The notes under the pieces: generated by a model
Seen by the model: only the letters and a program-made list of their open reading frames with translations
What the model was told of the DNA's origin: nothing
Database searches by the model: none
In this document: one piece after another, positions 1 through 9,623 of the stretch
How positions within the stretch are numbered: the first letter of the stretch is position 1
How the letters are laid out: each line of letters starts with the position of its first letter
Translations under genes and position numbers: made by a program
DNA from: Flavobacterium sp.
GTDB taxonomy: Bacteria > Bacteroidota > Bacteroidia > Flavobacteriales > Flavobacteriaceae
Direction of reading: 5' to 3'
Length of the DNA: 64,000 nt
Assembly: GCF_031411595.1 (NCBI RefSeq)
Contig: NZ_JANOBI010000023.1
Span: 304 to 64,303, forward strand

Positions 1-2424
1 TTCAACTGTTGGCGGTAAATCGATACCTTCAAAATCCCAAGTTAGGGTATTATTAACACGTTTTAAAACAAACGGATGACTCGAAGTAAGCATTCTCATG
101 CTGCTTTCGTCAAGTTGACTGTCGAGCACATCATTGACTTTGACATTCACGGCATTGGCGGTTCCGGTATTTTCAAAACGAATGGTATACGTTAAATAAT
201 CATCGGCTGAAAAAGTCGAAAACACTACTTCACCGGAATGACTTTCAGATTTATCATTCGGATCATAAGAACCCACAATAGTTTGTGTCAGACTTGAAGC
301 ATTGTTGTTTGTATTGGTGTCATTTGCAGGAATTGAAATCGAACAAGAGTTGGTTAATTGTTGTCCTAAAGCAATGGTAGGAATCGTAGGAACTTGCATG
401 TTTACCGTAATGTATCGTGTTTGGTTGGGTAATAAGTTTACGAAATCAAACGCAAATCCATTAGCATTTGTGATGGCCCCAGATTCTGAAATACTGGTGA
501 TAGTCAATAGTGGATCTTTAACAAAAGTAACTGTTCCCGAAGCTATAGTTTGGTTGCCATAATTGGTGTAACTCAGATAATTTTGATAGATAAATCCAGG
601 ACGAGGTGGCGCACTGTAATTATAGAGTTGTACAGCCAAATCAGAATATGGCGTAACTGTTATCGGAAAATTATAAGTGGTTATTCCTGAACCAAGCGCA
701 ACGGTAATGTTCGAGTATGATGCAGGATTTACGGTATAATGAGTCGCAAATTCACCGTTGATTGTATAACTTAGATTGTAAGAATTGGTAGCGTTCGATT
801 CGTAAATAAAATGCATGCCATTAGAAGTTGAAACGTTATTAGCCGTGCCGCCGTTAATGGCATAGTGGAATTCGCCATAGGTAAAATTAGGTTCAACATC
901 ATCCTGAATACTGTTCGTATTGTAATCATAAAAAGCATTGAGTTTGATGCCGTCAGGAATATTCAAATGCACGGTTGTTGAATCCAATGAAAGCAAAAAA
1001 ACTTCACCATAATATCCCAATACTTTAGCATGCTTTTCAACCATACCCGTTGTAATATCTTCTTGCGTTAAAACATGCGTGCCTATAAAAGCACTATTGT
1101 TGGTTTCATTAGCTTGTAATGAAATCGGATCTCCTGAAACGCTCAATTCAGTGCTCGTTACAGTCACATTGGTAGCTGTTGTTGCACAAGAATGATTTGT
1201 TACTACAAATTGATAATTAATTACATCACCAACATCGGTTATATCATCGGCATTGAAATCTACATAACTTCCAATCATATCTAATGAAAGACCATTGTTT
1301 TGATAGATGGTAAACCAAACAGGATATGATCGATAACAACCTGCAAGTAAAATATCTTCTGCTAAAACGTCTAACGAATAAAGACCATTTGCCAAATTAG
1401 GTATTGAAAAAGTTTCTCCAGTGCCATTATAAGTAGTAATGTTGTTTTCGTTTGTTAACGTGATTGTCCATGTTCCTACAGCCGGCAATCCCGATAAATT
1501 CACTATTCCGTCATTGACTTCATTACATAAAGGTTGAACAATAGAATCAATTACAGGCGTATTGGCTCTGCAAAAATCGACGAGGATGGTTACCGTAGCA
1601 TTATCGCAATTGTTCGGATTATTCAATTCGCAAATTTGGTATATTAGAGAATAGGTACCACTCGACATCATTGTATTGACATGAATCTGACCATTAGCAT
1701 CCAAATCGATTCCGTCATTACTCACCCATATTAATGAAAGAGCCACTTGATTTAGAGAAACAGGAAGCGCATTTAAAAAATCATTACTCAAGATGTTTCC
1801 AACACCAGGAGGTGAGATACCGCCATCTAAATTACTCAAAAAAACGGTATCATCATTAGCATTGATGGTTTGTGGAATGGAGCTATTCATCGTGCCTGAA
1901 CCCATGCACCCATTGGCATCAGTGACCGTAACAGTATAGGTTCCGGAAGGCAAATTAAGCACATAAACATCATTGCCCGTTTCGCCGGTTAGTGGCGTGC
2001 CATTGTAACTCCATTGGTAAGTGTAGGGTTGTTGTCCGCCACTTGGCATGGCAATGATATTGGATGATGGAAAGTTCAAAGTAGCCGACATTTGAACATT
2101 CAGCATTGTGTTCACAATCAAATTAAAAGGAATGATTGTAATGGCTCCTGAAGTTAAATTTTGTAAGCGACCAAAAAGCACCTGTTGTGAGGATGTCGAT
2201 TGATAATTTGTCGTCTCAACAATCGCATTGCTGTTAGCAGCGGCATCACTTTGTGTTAAGTGATAAGTAACGGCAAAGTCATTTGGATTTTGATTTGACA
2301 AAAGTATAGCATTCATCGGTGTTAAATCGAAAGTAGTATTGCCACAATAATTATTCAATTCATTCAATTGGGCATTACCAGCAAAACTGATTAGTAGCAG
2401 CAATAGGAAAATTGATTTTTTCAT
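1..2424 (-). CDS. Secreted repeat-rich cell-surface adhesin-like protein, N-terminal 808 codons only (3' end lies beyond window start); tandem paralog of 2440..5034
   Basis: Absent from the ORF track because no stop lies in the window. ATG at 2424-2422 followed by signal peptide MKKSIFLLLLLISFAGNAQ. 2424 nt is exactly 808 codons, and no shorter minus-strand ORF is listed here, so the frame appears open to nt 1. Nt 1-300 closely match nt ~2860-3130 of the neighbour (YDPNDKSESH / YTIRFENTGTANA / LTW.F.GI.LPP region). Confidence 0.8.
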   Translation of the reverse strand, partial: MKKSIFLLLLLISFAGNAQLNELNNYCGNTTFDLTPMNAILLSNQNPNDFAVTYHLTQSDAAANSNAIVETTNYQSTSSQQVLFGRLQNLTSGAITIIPFNLIVNTMLNVQMSATLNFPSSNIIAMPSGGQQPYTYQWSYNGTPLTGETGNDVYVLNLPSGTYTVTVTDANGCMGSGTMNSSIPQTINANDDTVFLSNLDGGISPPGVGNILSNDFLNALPVSLNQVALSLIWVSNDGIDLDANGQIHVNTMMSSGTYSLIYQICELNNPNNCDNATVTILVDFCRANTPVIDSIVQPLCNEVNDGIVNLSGLPAVGTWTITLTNENNITTYNGTGETFSIPNLANGLYSLDVLAEDILLAGCYRSYPVWFTIYQNNGLSLDMIGSYVDFNADDITDVGDVINYQFVVTNHSCATTATNVTVTSTELSVSGDPISLQANETNNSAFIGTHVLTQEDITTGMVEKHAKVLGYYGEVFLLSLDSTTVHLNIPDGIKLNAFYDYNTNSIQDDVEPNFTYGEFHYAINGGTANNVSTSNGMHFIYESNATNSYNLSYTINGEFATHYTVNPASYSNITVALGSGITTYNFPITVTPYSDLAVQLYNYSAPPRPGFIYQNYLSYTNYGNQTIASGTVTFVKDPLLTITSISESGAITNANGFAFDFVNLLPNQTRYITVNMQVPTIPTIALGQQLTNSCSISIPANDTNTNNNASSLTQTIVGSYDPNDKSESHSGEVVFSTFSADDYLTYTIRFENTGTANAVNVKVNDVLDSQLDESSMRMLTSSHPFVLKRVNNTLTWDFEGIDLPPTVE

Positions 2425-2439
2425 AACCAAAAATTTAGA

Positions 2440-5034
2440 TTATTCTTTAATGATTTTAACGGTTTTCTCTTCGTTTTTGGCTTTTACTTTTACGAAATAA
2501 ATGCCTTTAGAAAGCAGCGACAAATCGATTGTTGCTTCAGAGGCTTCGATGTTTTTTGTCAAAATCGTTTGTCCTAAAACAGAAGTGATGGTCATCGAAT
2601 CCATAACAACATCATTGCTTATGTGAAATGCATTTTTCACAGGATTAGGATAGAAACTAAACTGATCAAAAGCAAAACCTTTCGTAGCTAAAGTGTTTAC
2701 AAATTCCGTAGTGCAAGTATTCGTTACAATGGCCGGATTAAAATCAAAGAAGATATCCGCAGTATTCGGAATAATATCGCCAAGCGAATAACCTGCTTTT
2801 GGTTTTACTTGAAATACAATATAACCATGACCAATGTTAGTATCTTCAACAGATGGCGGTAATTCGATGCCGTTGAATTTCCAGGTCAAATGCGAGCCTA
2901 CTCTTTCTAAAATATAAGGATGACTTGAGCGCACCATGCTCACCGTAGTTTCATCTAAATGGTTGTCTAAGATGTCGCTTACATTAACATTGATTGCATT
3001 GGCCGTTCCGGTATTTTCAAAACGAATGGTATACGTTAAATAATCATTAGCTGTAAAGGTTGAAAACAACACTTTTCCACCATGGCTTTCACTTTTGTCG
3101 TTCGGATCATAAGACCCAACAATGACTTGAGAATAACTGCTGTTGTTATTGGCAGGATTAATATCGCCAACAGGAATAGTAATCGAAGCGCTATTGGTCA
3201 ATAAATTGCCAATGCTAACAATAGGAATAACTGGAACCTGCATGTTTACAGTAAAACCTCTGACTTCATTTGGAAGTAAATTGCTGAAATTGTATGTAAA
3301 ACCGGTAGCATTACTTACTGTTCCTGCTTGAGAAACAGATAGAATCGTAACCAAATTGTCTTTAGTAAAACTAACCGTTCCTGATGGGATAGCAACGTTT
3401 CCTGAATTGCGATAGCTTACGTAATTATAATAAGTAAAACCAGGTCTTGGGGATACACCGTAAGGATATACTACAATTTCAAGATCTTTGAAAGGAACCA
3501 CGGTAACGGCAAAATAGAAAGTGGTTATTCCAGAACCAGCCGCGACTGTAATGTTATTGTAATTTGCGTTAGTGACTGTATATTGTGCCGCATTAGCACT
3601 GTTTACGGTATAACTTAAGTCGTATGAAGTAGCAGGATTGCTTTCATACAAATAATAATCTCCATTAGAAGCAACGTTAGTGGGAACGCCGCTGTCATTA
3701 ATGTCGTAATGATACTCGCCTAAAGAGAAATTATGCTCGGAAGCATCTTTAATTCCGTTACTGTTTGCATCAAGGAAAGCTACTAATTTGATGCCGTCTG
3801 TTACATTCAAAGTAGTGGTTGCAGCCGAAGCCGAAGTCACAGTTCCGGAGCTTGCCGTTCCTGTAGCGGTTATTGTTTTATACACAAAACCAGTATTAAT
3901 ATCATTTTGAGTCAGCGGATAAGTCGCAGAAAAAGTGGTAGTGTCTGTCGCACCTGCAGCCAGAGAAACTGGATTTCCGGTTACATTCAACCCAATACTA
4001 TTGACAATAACATCAGTCAAATTACAACTGCTGATATTAGTGACCCCAATATTATAAGTGATAATATCGCCTACATTGGTAATGCCATCAGCATTAAAAT
4101 CAACATAAGTTGCAGTCAATGCGGTGGTGAGATAGCCGACTTCAATATTTAGAGGTGGCGAAAAACAACCAGTAGCATTCGCGACATTGATCGTGTATTT
4201 TCCGGGAGTGATACCGGTTAGTGTTGTTACGACCCCGCTGCCGGTTTTGATTATGACTCCGTTGCTATAGATATTCCATGTGCCAACCGCAGGCAATCCC
4301 GACAATTGAATGGTCGACAATGAATTAAAACAAGAAGGTTGTGTGATAGTAGCAACCGGCGTAGTAACGGTACATCCAATGCTTACCGCTGCAAAACCAG
4401 ATGCACAGTTGTTCGGATTTGCGTTTTCACAGATATAATAGTTTATCGTATAAGTGCCCGTCGGAGCAGGACCATTAGAGAAAACTACACCGCCGTTTTC
4501 ATTAATAGAAAGATAATTACTGGTCGAGGAAACTTGAGAAATAGAAACTTGAGATAAAGTCAGCGGCAAGCCATTTAAAGTATCATTCGCCAAAACATCT
4601 TGAATTACAACCACCGGAGCAGATCCATTCGGAGTGTTTGCATAATCTTTTACAGCTCGAATTTGATTGGGAACTACACTAACGAAAATATCAGCTTGGG
4701 CACAATTGCCAGCGTTGTTGGCATCACAAATCTCATAACCTAAATAATAATTTCCAATAGGTGCAGGCCCATTGAATAGCACAGAACCAGTTGATGGATT
4801 TATAGAAAAATAACTACTGGTTGAAGAAATCTGAGCAATAGTGACTTGTGAAATCGTTATTGGAAAGCCATTCAAACTGTCATTGTTCAAAAGATCTTGA
4901 ATGACAACCGTTGTACCAGTATTATTGATAATGGAGCCACTATCATTGTTTGCTACTATTTGAGAAAAAATAGGATTGCTAAAAAGCCCAATGATAACCA
5001 AGATAAAACCTAAAAATGAGGATTTTTTTTTCAT
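2440..5034 (-). CDS. T9SS-sorted repeat-rich adhesin-like surface protein (864 aa)
   Basis: N-terminal signal peptide. Two ~99-aa tandem repeats (VIQDLLNNDSLNG.P.T.SQV...GPAP.G.Y...Y.IC). C-terminus FYPNPVKN...GIYFVKVKAKNEEKTVKIIKE is a typical type-A T9SS C-terminal sorting domain. Confidence 0.85.
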   Translation of the reverse strand: MKKKSSFLGFILVIIGLFSNPIFSQIVANNDSGSIINNTGTTVVIQDLLNNDSLNGFPITISQVTIAQISSTSSYFSINPSTGSVLFNGPAPIGNYYLGYEICDANNAGNCAQADIFVSVVPNQIRAVKDYANTPNGSAPVVVIQDVLANDTLNGLPLTLSQVSISQVSSTSNYLSINENGGVVFSNGPAPTGTYTINYYICENANPNNCASGFAAVSIGCTVTTPVATITQPSCFNSLSTIQLSGLPAVGTWNIYSNGVIIKTGSGVVTTLTGITPGKYTINVANATGCFSPPLNIEVGYLTTALTATYVDFNADGITNVGDIITYNIGVTNISSCNLTDVIVNSIGLNVTGNPVSLAAGATDTTTFSATYPLTQNDINTGFVYKTITATGTASSGTVTSASAATTTLNVTDGIKLVAFLDANSNGIKDASEHNFSLGEYHYDINDSGVPTNVASNGDYYLYESNPATSYDLSYTVNSANAAQYTVTNANYNNITVAAGSGITTFYFAVTVVPFKDLEIVVYPYGVSPRPGFTYYNYVSYRNSGNVAIPSGTVSFTKDNLVTILSVSQAGTVSNATGFTYNFSNLLPNEVRGFTVNMQVPVIPIVSIGNLLTNSASITIPVGDINPANNNSSYSQVIVGSYDPNDKSESHGGKVLFSTFTANDYLTYTIRFENTGTANAINVNVSDILDNHLDETTVSMVRSSHPYILERVGSHLTWKFNGIELPPSVEDTNIGHGYIVFQVKPKAGYSLGDIIPNTADIFFDFNPAIVTNTCTTEFVNTLATKGFAFDQFSFYPNPVKNAFHISNDVVMDSMTITSVLGQTILTKNIEASEATIDLSLLSKGIYFVKVKAKNEEKTVKIIKE

Positions 5035-5135
5035 AGCGTAAGAGTTTAATTCTCAAATGTATGAAATAAAATCTCACAAAATATTAAATGGATATTACCA
5101 TTTAGAATTCGGCGGTTTTGAATTAGAATTCGCAA

Positions 5136-5573
5136 TTACTGCAAATAAACACAATGATTATAATAGTCGATGATGGCCTTTCCTTCTAACAAAACATCAG
5201 CGCCAATAATGCCTTGAACGGGTTTGGATTTATGCTGTGTCAACGCTTCATTCACATGCGATAAATCGAAAATAACCAAATGAAAATGGTTGTTTTTCCA
5301 TGTTCCAATTTGCAATTGATTGCCTTTAGCCAATTGTGTAAACATTCCGGTTGCTCCGGCGCCTGCGGCTTTGGTTTTCGATTTTCCTGCGGTAAGTTGA
5401 AACAATTCGATACACTCAAAACCAACACAACTGTTGCTCGCTCCGGTATCGAGAATGAAATTTCCACGAACACCATTGATGCGTGCTTTGATTAGCAAAT
5501 GCTGGGTTTTAGTTACTTTAAAGCGAATCTTTTTGTACTTTTCTTTTTTAAGAATATCGTGTAAGTCTTTCAT
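5136..5573 (-). CDS. Retropepsin-like (clan AA) aspartic protease
   Basis: 145 aa with catalytic motif ILDTGASNS and C-terminal IIGADVL, as in single-domain bacterial retropepsin-like proteases. Confidence 0.7.
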   Translation of the reverse strand: MKDLHDILKKEKYKKIRFKVTKTQHLLIKARINGVRGNFILDTGASNSCVGFECIELFQLTAGKSKTKAAGAGATGMFTQLAKGNQLQIGTWKNNHFHLVIFDLSHVNEALTQHKSKPVQGIIGADVLLEGKAIIDYYNHCVYLQ

Positions 5574-5574
5574 T

Positions 5575-5628
5575 TTTTTACCGCAAAGGCACTAAGTTTT
5601 GCGCTAAGGTCGCAAAGTTTTAGGAAAT
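5575..5628. repeat. CGCAAAG-family intergenic motif (TTTTTACCGCAAAGGCACTAAGTTTTGCGCTAAGGTCGCAAAG)
   Basis: Shares the ACCGCAA(A)GG...CGCAAAG word pattern with copies at 37035, 56018, 56119, 58018, 60301 and 63171. Confidence 0.7.
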
Positions 5629-5679
5629 AGTTTGTTTTATGTCGTAATTTTGAACTTTAAAATTTGCATTTAAAAACCG

Positions 5680-6447
5680 ATGATAATTACCGATACACAC
5701 ACCCATCTTTACAGCGAAGAATTTGATCAAGACCGAAATGAAATGATACAAAGAGCTATCAATAAAGGTGTTTCTCGTTTTTTTATTCCCGCAATTGATT
5801 CCACTTGTACCGAATCAATGTATGATTTGGAACAAGCTTTTCCTGAAAATGTATTCCTAATGATGGGCTTGCATCCAACGTATGTCAAAGACAATTATAA
5901 AGATGAATTGCTTCATGTCGAAACCGAATTGTCGAAAAGAAAATTCTACGCCATCGGTGAAATCGGAATCGACTTGTATTGGGATAAAACACATCTCAAA
6001 GAACAGCAAGACGCATTTCGCCATCAAATCAAATTGGCGAAACAATTTCAATTGCCCATTGTCATTCACTGTCGTGAAGCTTTCGATGAAATTTTCGATG
6101 TACTCGAAGCGGAGAAATCGCCGGATTTGTTCGGAATTTTTCATTGCTTTACTGGAACTTATGAGCAAGCGTTACGTGCCATTTCCTTCAATATGAAACT
6201 CGGAATCGGTGGTGTAGTCACATTCAAAAACGGCAAAATCGACCAATTTCTAAATCAAATCGATTTGAAACATATTGTTCTTGAAACCGATTCACCTTAT
6301 TTAGCGCCCATTCCATACCGAGGCAAACGAAATGAAAGCAGCTACATCATCAATGTGGTTCAAAAATTGGCCGAAATTTACAAGCTTTCACCAGAGGAAA
6401 TCGCCCGAATTACTACCGTAAATTCTAAAACTGTTTTTGGGATTTAA
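5680..6447 (+). CDS. TatD family metal-dependent hydrolase/DNase
   Basis: 255 aa. N-terminal DTHTHL metal-binding motif and the length are typical of TatD/YcfH. A TAATTTTG -7-like box lies at 5645-5652. Confidence 0.85.
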   Translation: MIITDTHTHLYSEEFDQDRNEMIQRAINKGVSRFFIPAIDSTCTESMYDLEQAFPENVFLMMGLHPTYVKDNYKDELLHVETELSKRKFYAIGEIGIDLYWDKTHLKEQQDAFRHQIKLAKQFQLPIVIHCREAFDEIFDVLEAEKSPDLFGIFHCFTGTYEQALRAISFNMKLGIGGVVTFKNGKIDQFLNQIDLKHIVLETDSPYLAPIPYRGKRNESSYIINVVQKLAEIYKLSPEEIARITTVNSKTVFGI

Positions 6448-6513
6448 TCGAAAAAGTAACTTAGGATGTCAATAAAATTTTGTTCTTTTGTTGCATTAAA
6501 ATAAATTTGTAAG

Positions 6514-7650
6514 ATGCAGAAATTTGATGCGATTCGCCCGTTTTATGACACGGAAGTCAATGAAGGAATGCGATCGTCAGTCAATCATCCGATGATGAAA
6601 GCGCTGATGAATTTTACGTTTCCTGATACACCCGATGAAGTCTGGAAAGAACAATTACTGAAAACGCATTCGATTCGTGATTTTCAATGCAATTTTATTT
6701 ATCAATCGGTTCAAAAAGTTTTAGAGAAAAGCTCCGATGGGCTTTCGACTTCAGGTTTCGAAAAACTCGAAAAAAATACCGCTTACCTTTTTATTTCCAA
6801 TCATCGCGATATTATTCTCGATACTTCTTTGCTCAATGCCGCCTTATTCGAGCACGGTTTGGTCATGACGGCTTCGGCGATTGGGGATAATTTAGTCAAG
6901 AAATCTTTTCTGTTGACGTTGTCAAAACTCAATCGAAATTTTCTTGTGCAGCGCGGTTTAGCACCAAGAGAATTGTTGCAAAGTTCCAAATTGATGTCGG
7001 AATACATTGGGCAATTGTTGCTTCGTGAAAATCGCTCCGTATGGATTGCACAGCGCGAAGGCAGAACCAAAGATGGCAATGATGCGACGCATACCGGTGT
7101 TTTGAAAATGCTCGCGATGGGTTCGGATGAAGAAAATCTGATGGACTATTTCAAAAAAATTAAAGTGGTTCCGGTTTCAATTTCTTATGAATACGATCCG
7201 ACCGATGCGCTCAAAATGCCGCAACTAATGGCCGAAGCGAATAATGAAATTTACATCAAAGAAAAGAATGAAGATTTCATGACATTATTAAGTGGTATTA
7301 TGGGACAAAAGAAACGTATTCACATTCATATTGGCGATGTGCTTGACAGTGAATTGGATCAAATTGCCAATGAAAATGACAACACCAACAAGCGAATTCA
7401 AGCTTTAGCCCAAGCCATTGATGATTCGATATTGAACAGTTATAAATTGTGGCCAACGAATTATATCGCCTACGATATCCTCAATAAAACCAATACATAC
7501 GAAACGTTTTACACCGAAAATGAAAAGAAACTTTTCGAAAAAAGACTCGACATCAAAATCGACCAAGACAACCCGATTGCTTTAGAAGGATTTTTAAATA
7601 TGTATGCCAATCCGGTGGTCAATAAAATGAAATATCAAAATGCTCACTAA
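6514..7650 (+). CDS. 1-acyl-sn-glycerol-3-phosphate acyltransferase family protein
   Basis: 378 aa with the acyltransferase HX4D motif (NHRDIILD). Confidence 0.7.
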   Translation: MQKFDAIRPFYDTEVNEGMRSSVNHPMMKALMNFTFPDTPDEVWKEQLLKTHSIRDFQCNFIYQSVQKVLEKSSDGLSTSGFEKLEKNTAYLFISNHRDIILDTSLLNAALFEHGLVMTASAIGDNLVKKSFLLTLSKLNRNFLVQRGLAPRELLQSSKLMSEYIGQLLLRENRSVWIAQREGRTKDGNDATHTGVLKMLAMGSDEENLMDYFKKIKVVPVSISYEYDPTDALKMPQLMAEANNEIYIKEKNEDFMTLLSGIMGQKKRIHIHIGDVLDSELDQIANENDNTNKRIQALAQAIDDSILNSYKLWPTNYIAYDILNKTNTYETFYTENEKKLFEKRLDIKIDQDNPIALEGFLNMYANPVVNKMKYQNAH

Positions 7651-8668
7651 GCCCAACATTCTGCTGATTTATACCGGTGGAACGATTGGTATGATGAAAG
7701 ATTTTGAAACCGGAGCACTCAAAGCGTTCAACTTTAGTAAGCTGTTACAGAAAATTCCCGAACTCAAACAACTCGATTGCCAAATCGAAACCATTTCGTT
7801 CGAGCATCCAATCGATTCCTCGAATATGAATCCGTCGATGTGGATCAGAATGGCGACTATCATCGAAGAAAATTACACCAAGTTCGATGGATTTGTTGTC
7901 TTGCACGGTTCCGACACGATGTCTTATTCTGCGTCAGCATTGAGTTTTATGTTAGAGAATTTAGGCAAACCGGTTGTGTTTACAGGGTCGCAATTGCCGA
8001 TTGGAGATTTACGAACTGATGCGAAAGAGAATTTAATTACGGCCATTCAAATCGCTTCGTTGCAACAAAAAGGCAAGCCCGTCATTCATGAAGTGTGTTT
8101 GTATTTTGAATATAAATTACATCGCGGCAACAGAACTACAAAGATTAATGCGGAACATTTCAATGCGTTTACATCACCCAATTATTCGCCTCTAGCCGAA
8201 TCGGGCGTGCATTTGAAAGTGAATCACCATTTGATGCTACCGAAAAACAACAATAAGAAATTCATCGTTCATAAAGAGCTCGATGATAATGTGGTCATTT
8301 TAAAAATATTTCCGGGCATTAATGAAAATGTTTTGACTTCCATCCTAAGTATTCCAAACCTCAAGGGAATGATTCTAGAAACTTATGGTTCGGGAAATGC
8401 ACCGACCGAAGAATGGTTTCTTTCTGCTTTGAAAAAAGCCATCAAAAAAGGATTGCATATCGTCAATGTCACACAATGCTCCGGCGGAAGTGTTAATATG
8501 GGACAATACGAAACCAGCACAGGCTTGAAGAAAATTGGAGTGATTTCAGGAAAAGACAGCACCACAGAAGCTGCCGTCACCAAGTTGATGTATCTTTTGG
8601 GACAGCATGTTTCGGCAAATGTTTTCAAAACCATTTTTGAAACTTCACTGCGTGGAGAATTATCCTAA
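7640..8668 (+). CDS. ansA: L-asparaginase, type I
   Basis: 342 aa. N-terminal LLIYTGGTIGM threonine active-site motif plus HGSDTM. Overlaps the upstream gene by 11 nt. Confidence 0.85.
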   Translation: MLTKPNILLIYTGGTIGMMKDFETGALKAFNFSKLLQKIPELKQLDCQIETISFEHPIDSSNMNPSMWIRMATIIEENYTKFDGFVVLHGSDTMSYSASALSFMLENLGKPVVFTGSQLPIGDLRTDAKENLITAIQIASLQQKGKPVIHEVCLYFEYKLHRGNRTTKINAEHFNAFTSPNYSPLAESGVHLKVNHHLMLPKNNNKKFIVHKELDDNVVILKIFPGINENVLTSILSIPNLKGMILETYGSGNAPTEEWFLSALKKAIKKGLHIVNVTQCSGGSVNMGQYETSTGLKKIGVISGKDSTTEAAVTKLMYLLGQHVSANVFKTIFETSLRGELS

Positions 8669-8710
8669 AAAATAGGTTTTTTAATTTCTGTAACTGAATT
8701 TTTTTGTAGT

Positions 8711-8730
8711 TATTTGCACCCGCAATCAAT
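8711..8730 (+). promoter_or_regulatory. Putative tRNA promoter/leader motif TATTTGCACCCGCAATCAAT
   Basis: Abuts the tRNA-Ser 5' end. Nearly the same string (TATTTGCACCCACAATTGA) abuts the tRNA-Leu 5' end at 48089-48109. Contains the TTTG of the Bacteroidota -7 box. Confidence 0.45.
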
Positions 8731-8815
8731 AGAAAGGTGGCCGAGTGGCTGAAGGCGCACGCTTGGAAAGCGTGTTTATGGTAACATAACGTGGGTTCGA
8801 ATCCCATCCTTTCTG
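8731..8815 (+). tRNA. tRNA-Ser (anticodon GGA)
   Basis: Hand-folded. Acceptor stem AGAAAGG/CCTTTCT; anticodon stem CACGC/GCGTG with loop TTGGAAA; long variable arm; T-loop GGGTTCGAATCCC. No encoded CCA. Confidence 0.9.
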
Positions 8816-8818
8816 CAA

Positions 8819-8847
8819 TAAAACCGAAGCGGGAGCTTCGGTTTTTC
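8819..8847 (+). terminator. Rho-independent terminator after tRNA-Ser
   Basis: AAACCGAAGC-GGGA-GCTTCGGTTT hairpin followed by a T-run. Confidence 0.75.
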
Positions 8848-8901
8848 TTATATAAAAAACTGCGTTGAAAGTTCACTTTCATAAGCAGTTTTTTATATAA
8901 G
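8847..8901. repeat. Perfect 17-bp inverted repeat (CTTATATAAAAAACTGC / GCAGTTTTTTATATAAG) with 21-nt loop
   Basis: Read directly. Arms at 8847-8863 and 8885-8901. Confidence 0.85.
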
Positions 8902-9077
8902 AAAAACAGCCTTTGCAAAAGGCGAAGTTTTATTGACAGGTTCCCCCACAAGGGATCACCGCAGGTAATCCCTATGAAGTTCAGTTCCAACGCAATTTTA
9001 TAAAAGAAAAACAGCCTTTGCAAAAAGCATAGTTTTATTCACAGATTACTCCACCAAGACTCGCCGCAATTAATCCC
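8899..9077 (+). repeat. Two diverged ~74-nt direct repeat units spaced 105 bp (AAGAAAAACAGCCTTTGCAAAA...CCACAAG...AATCCC)
   Basis: Units at 8899-8972 and 9004-9077. The first 22 nt are identical. The CCACAAGGG / AATCCC words recur in the palindromic elements at 31963 and 49663. Confidence 0.7.
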
Positions 9078-9220
9078 AACTTATATTAACCAAGCCTTCA
9101 TATAAGCGAAAGCGAATGCTTTAATTCATTTACTTACAATTCATCTTCTAAGTTATTCTAAGGAACACCATTTTTTAAAATCCTCAGAACTTATTTCAAA
9201 AAAACTTAAAGAAAATTTGC

Positions 9221-9255
9221 GTAACCGAATTATTACATATATTTGTAACCGATTG
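9221..9255 (+). promoter_or_regulatory. Putative promoter (-7 box TATATTTG at 9238-9245) flanked by direct repeats GTAACCGAAT / GTAACCGATT
   Basis: Matches the TAnnTTTG consensus 33 nt upstream of the ArsR-family ATG. The repeats bracket the box and may be an operator. Confidence 0.35.
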
Positions 9256-9278
9256 GTTTCATAATTAAATAAAAACAC

Positions 9279-9623
9279 ATGAGAAGAGACGTATTTCAAG
9301 CCATAGCAGATCCGACACGTAGAGACATTCTGCATTTGATTTCGAATCAATCTTTGAATTTAAATGCGGTGTCAGACAAATTTAATATCAGCAGACCGGC
9401 AATATCGAAGCATATTAAAATATTGACGGAATGCGGATTGGTTACCATCAATCAAGTGGGGCGCGATCGTTTTTGTGAAGCCAGACTCGACAAGCTTTCA
9501 GAAGTTTCGGTTTGGGTAGAACAGTATAAAAAATTCTGGGAATCCAAGTTCGATTCGCTCGAAGGTTATTTAAATCAATTGCAAACTGTGGATCATAAAA
9601 AGCAGACCAAAAATGGTAAATAA
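9279..9623 (+). CDS. ArsR/SmtB family transcriptional regulator
   Basis: 114 aa. N-terminus FQAIADPTRRDILHLI is the ArsR-type wHTH signature. Confidence 0.85.
   Translation: MRRDVFQAIADPTRRDILHLISNQSLNLNAVSDKFNISRPAISKHIKILTECGLVTINQVGRDRFCEARLDKLSEVSVWVEQYKKFWESKFDSLEGYLNQLQTVDHKKQTKNGK

Noticed and set aside
302-562. 86-aa plus-strand ORF, plus similar ORFs at 3143..3331, 3907..4152 and 4339..4557.
   Set aside because: These are antisense shadow ORFs inside the two long minus-strand adhesin genes. The 302 and 3143 ORFs resemble each other (…GTCMFTV…) only because the underlying paralogous genes are similar.
5252-6196. Overlapping ORFs 5252..5476, 5280..5495, 5857..6168 and 5882..6196.
   Set aside because: They lie inside or antisense to the well-supported aspartic protease and TatD genes.
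8625-9023. 132-aa minus-strand ORF.
   Set aside because: It runs straight through tRNA-Ser, its terminator and the downstream repeat block. It is a translation artefact of non-coding DNA.
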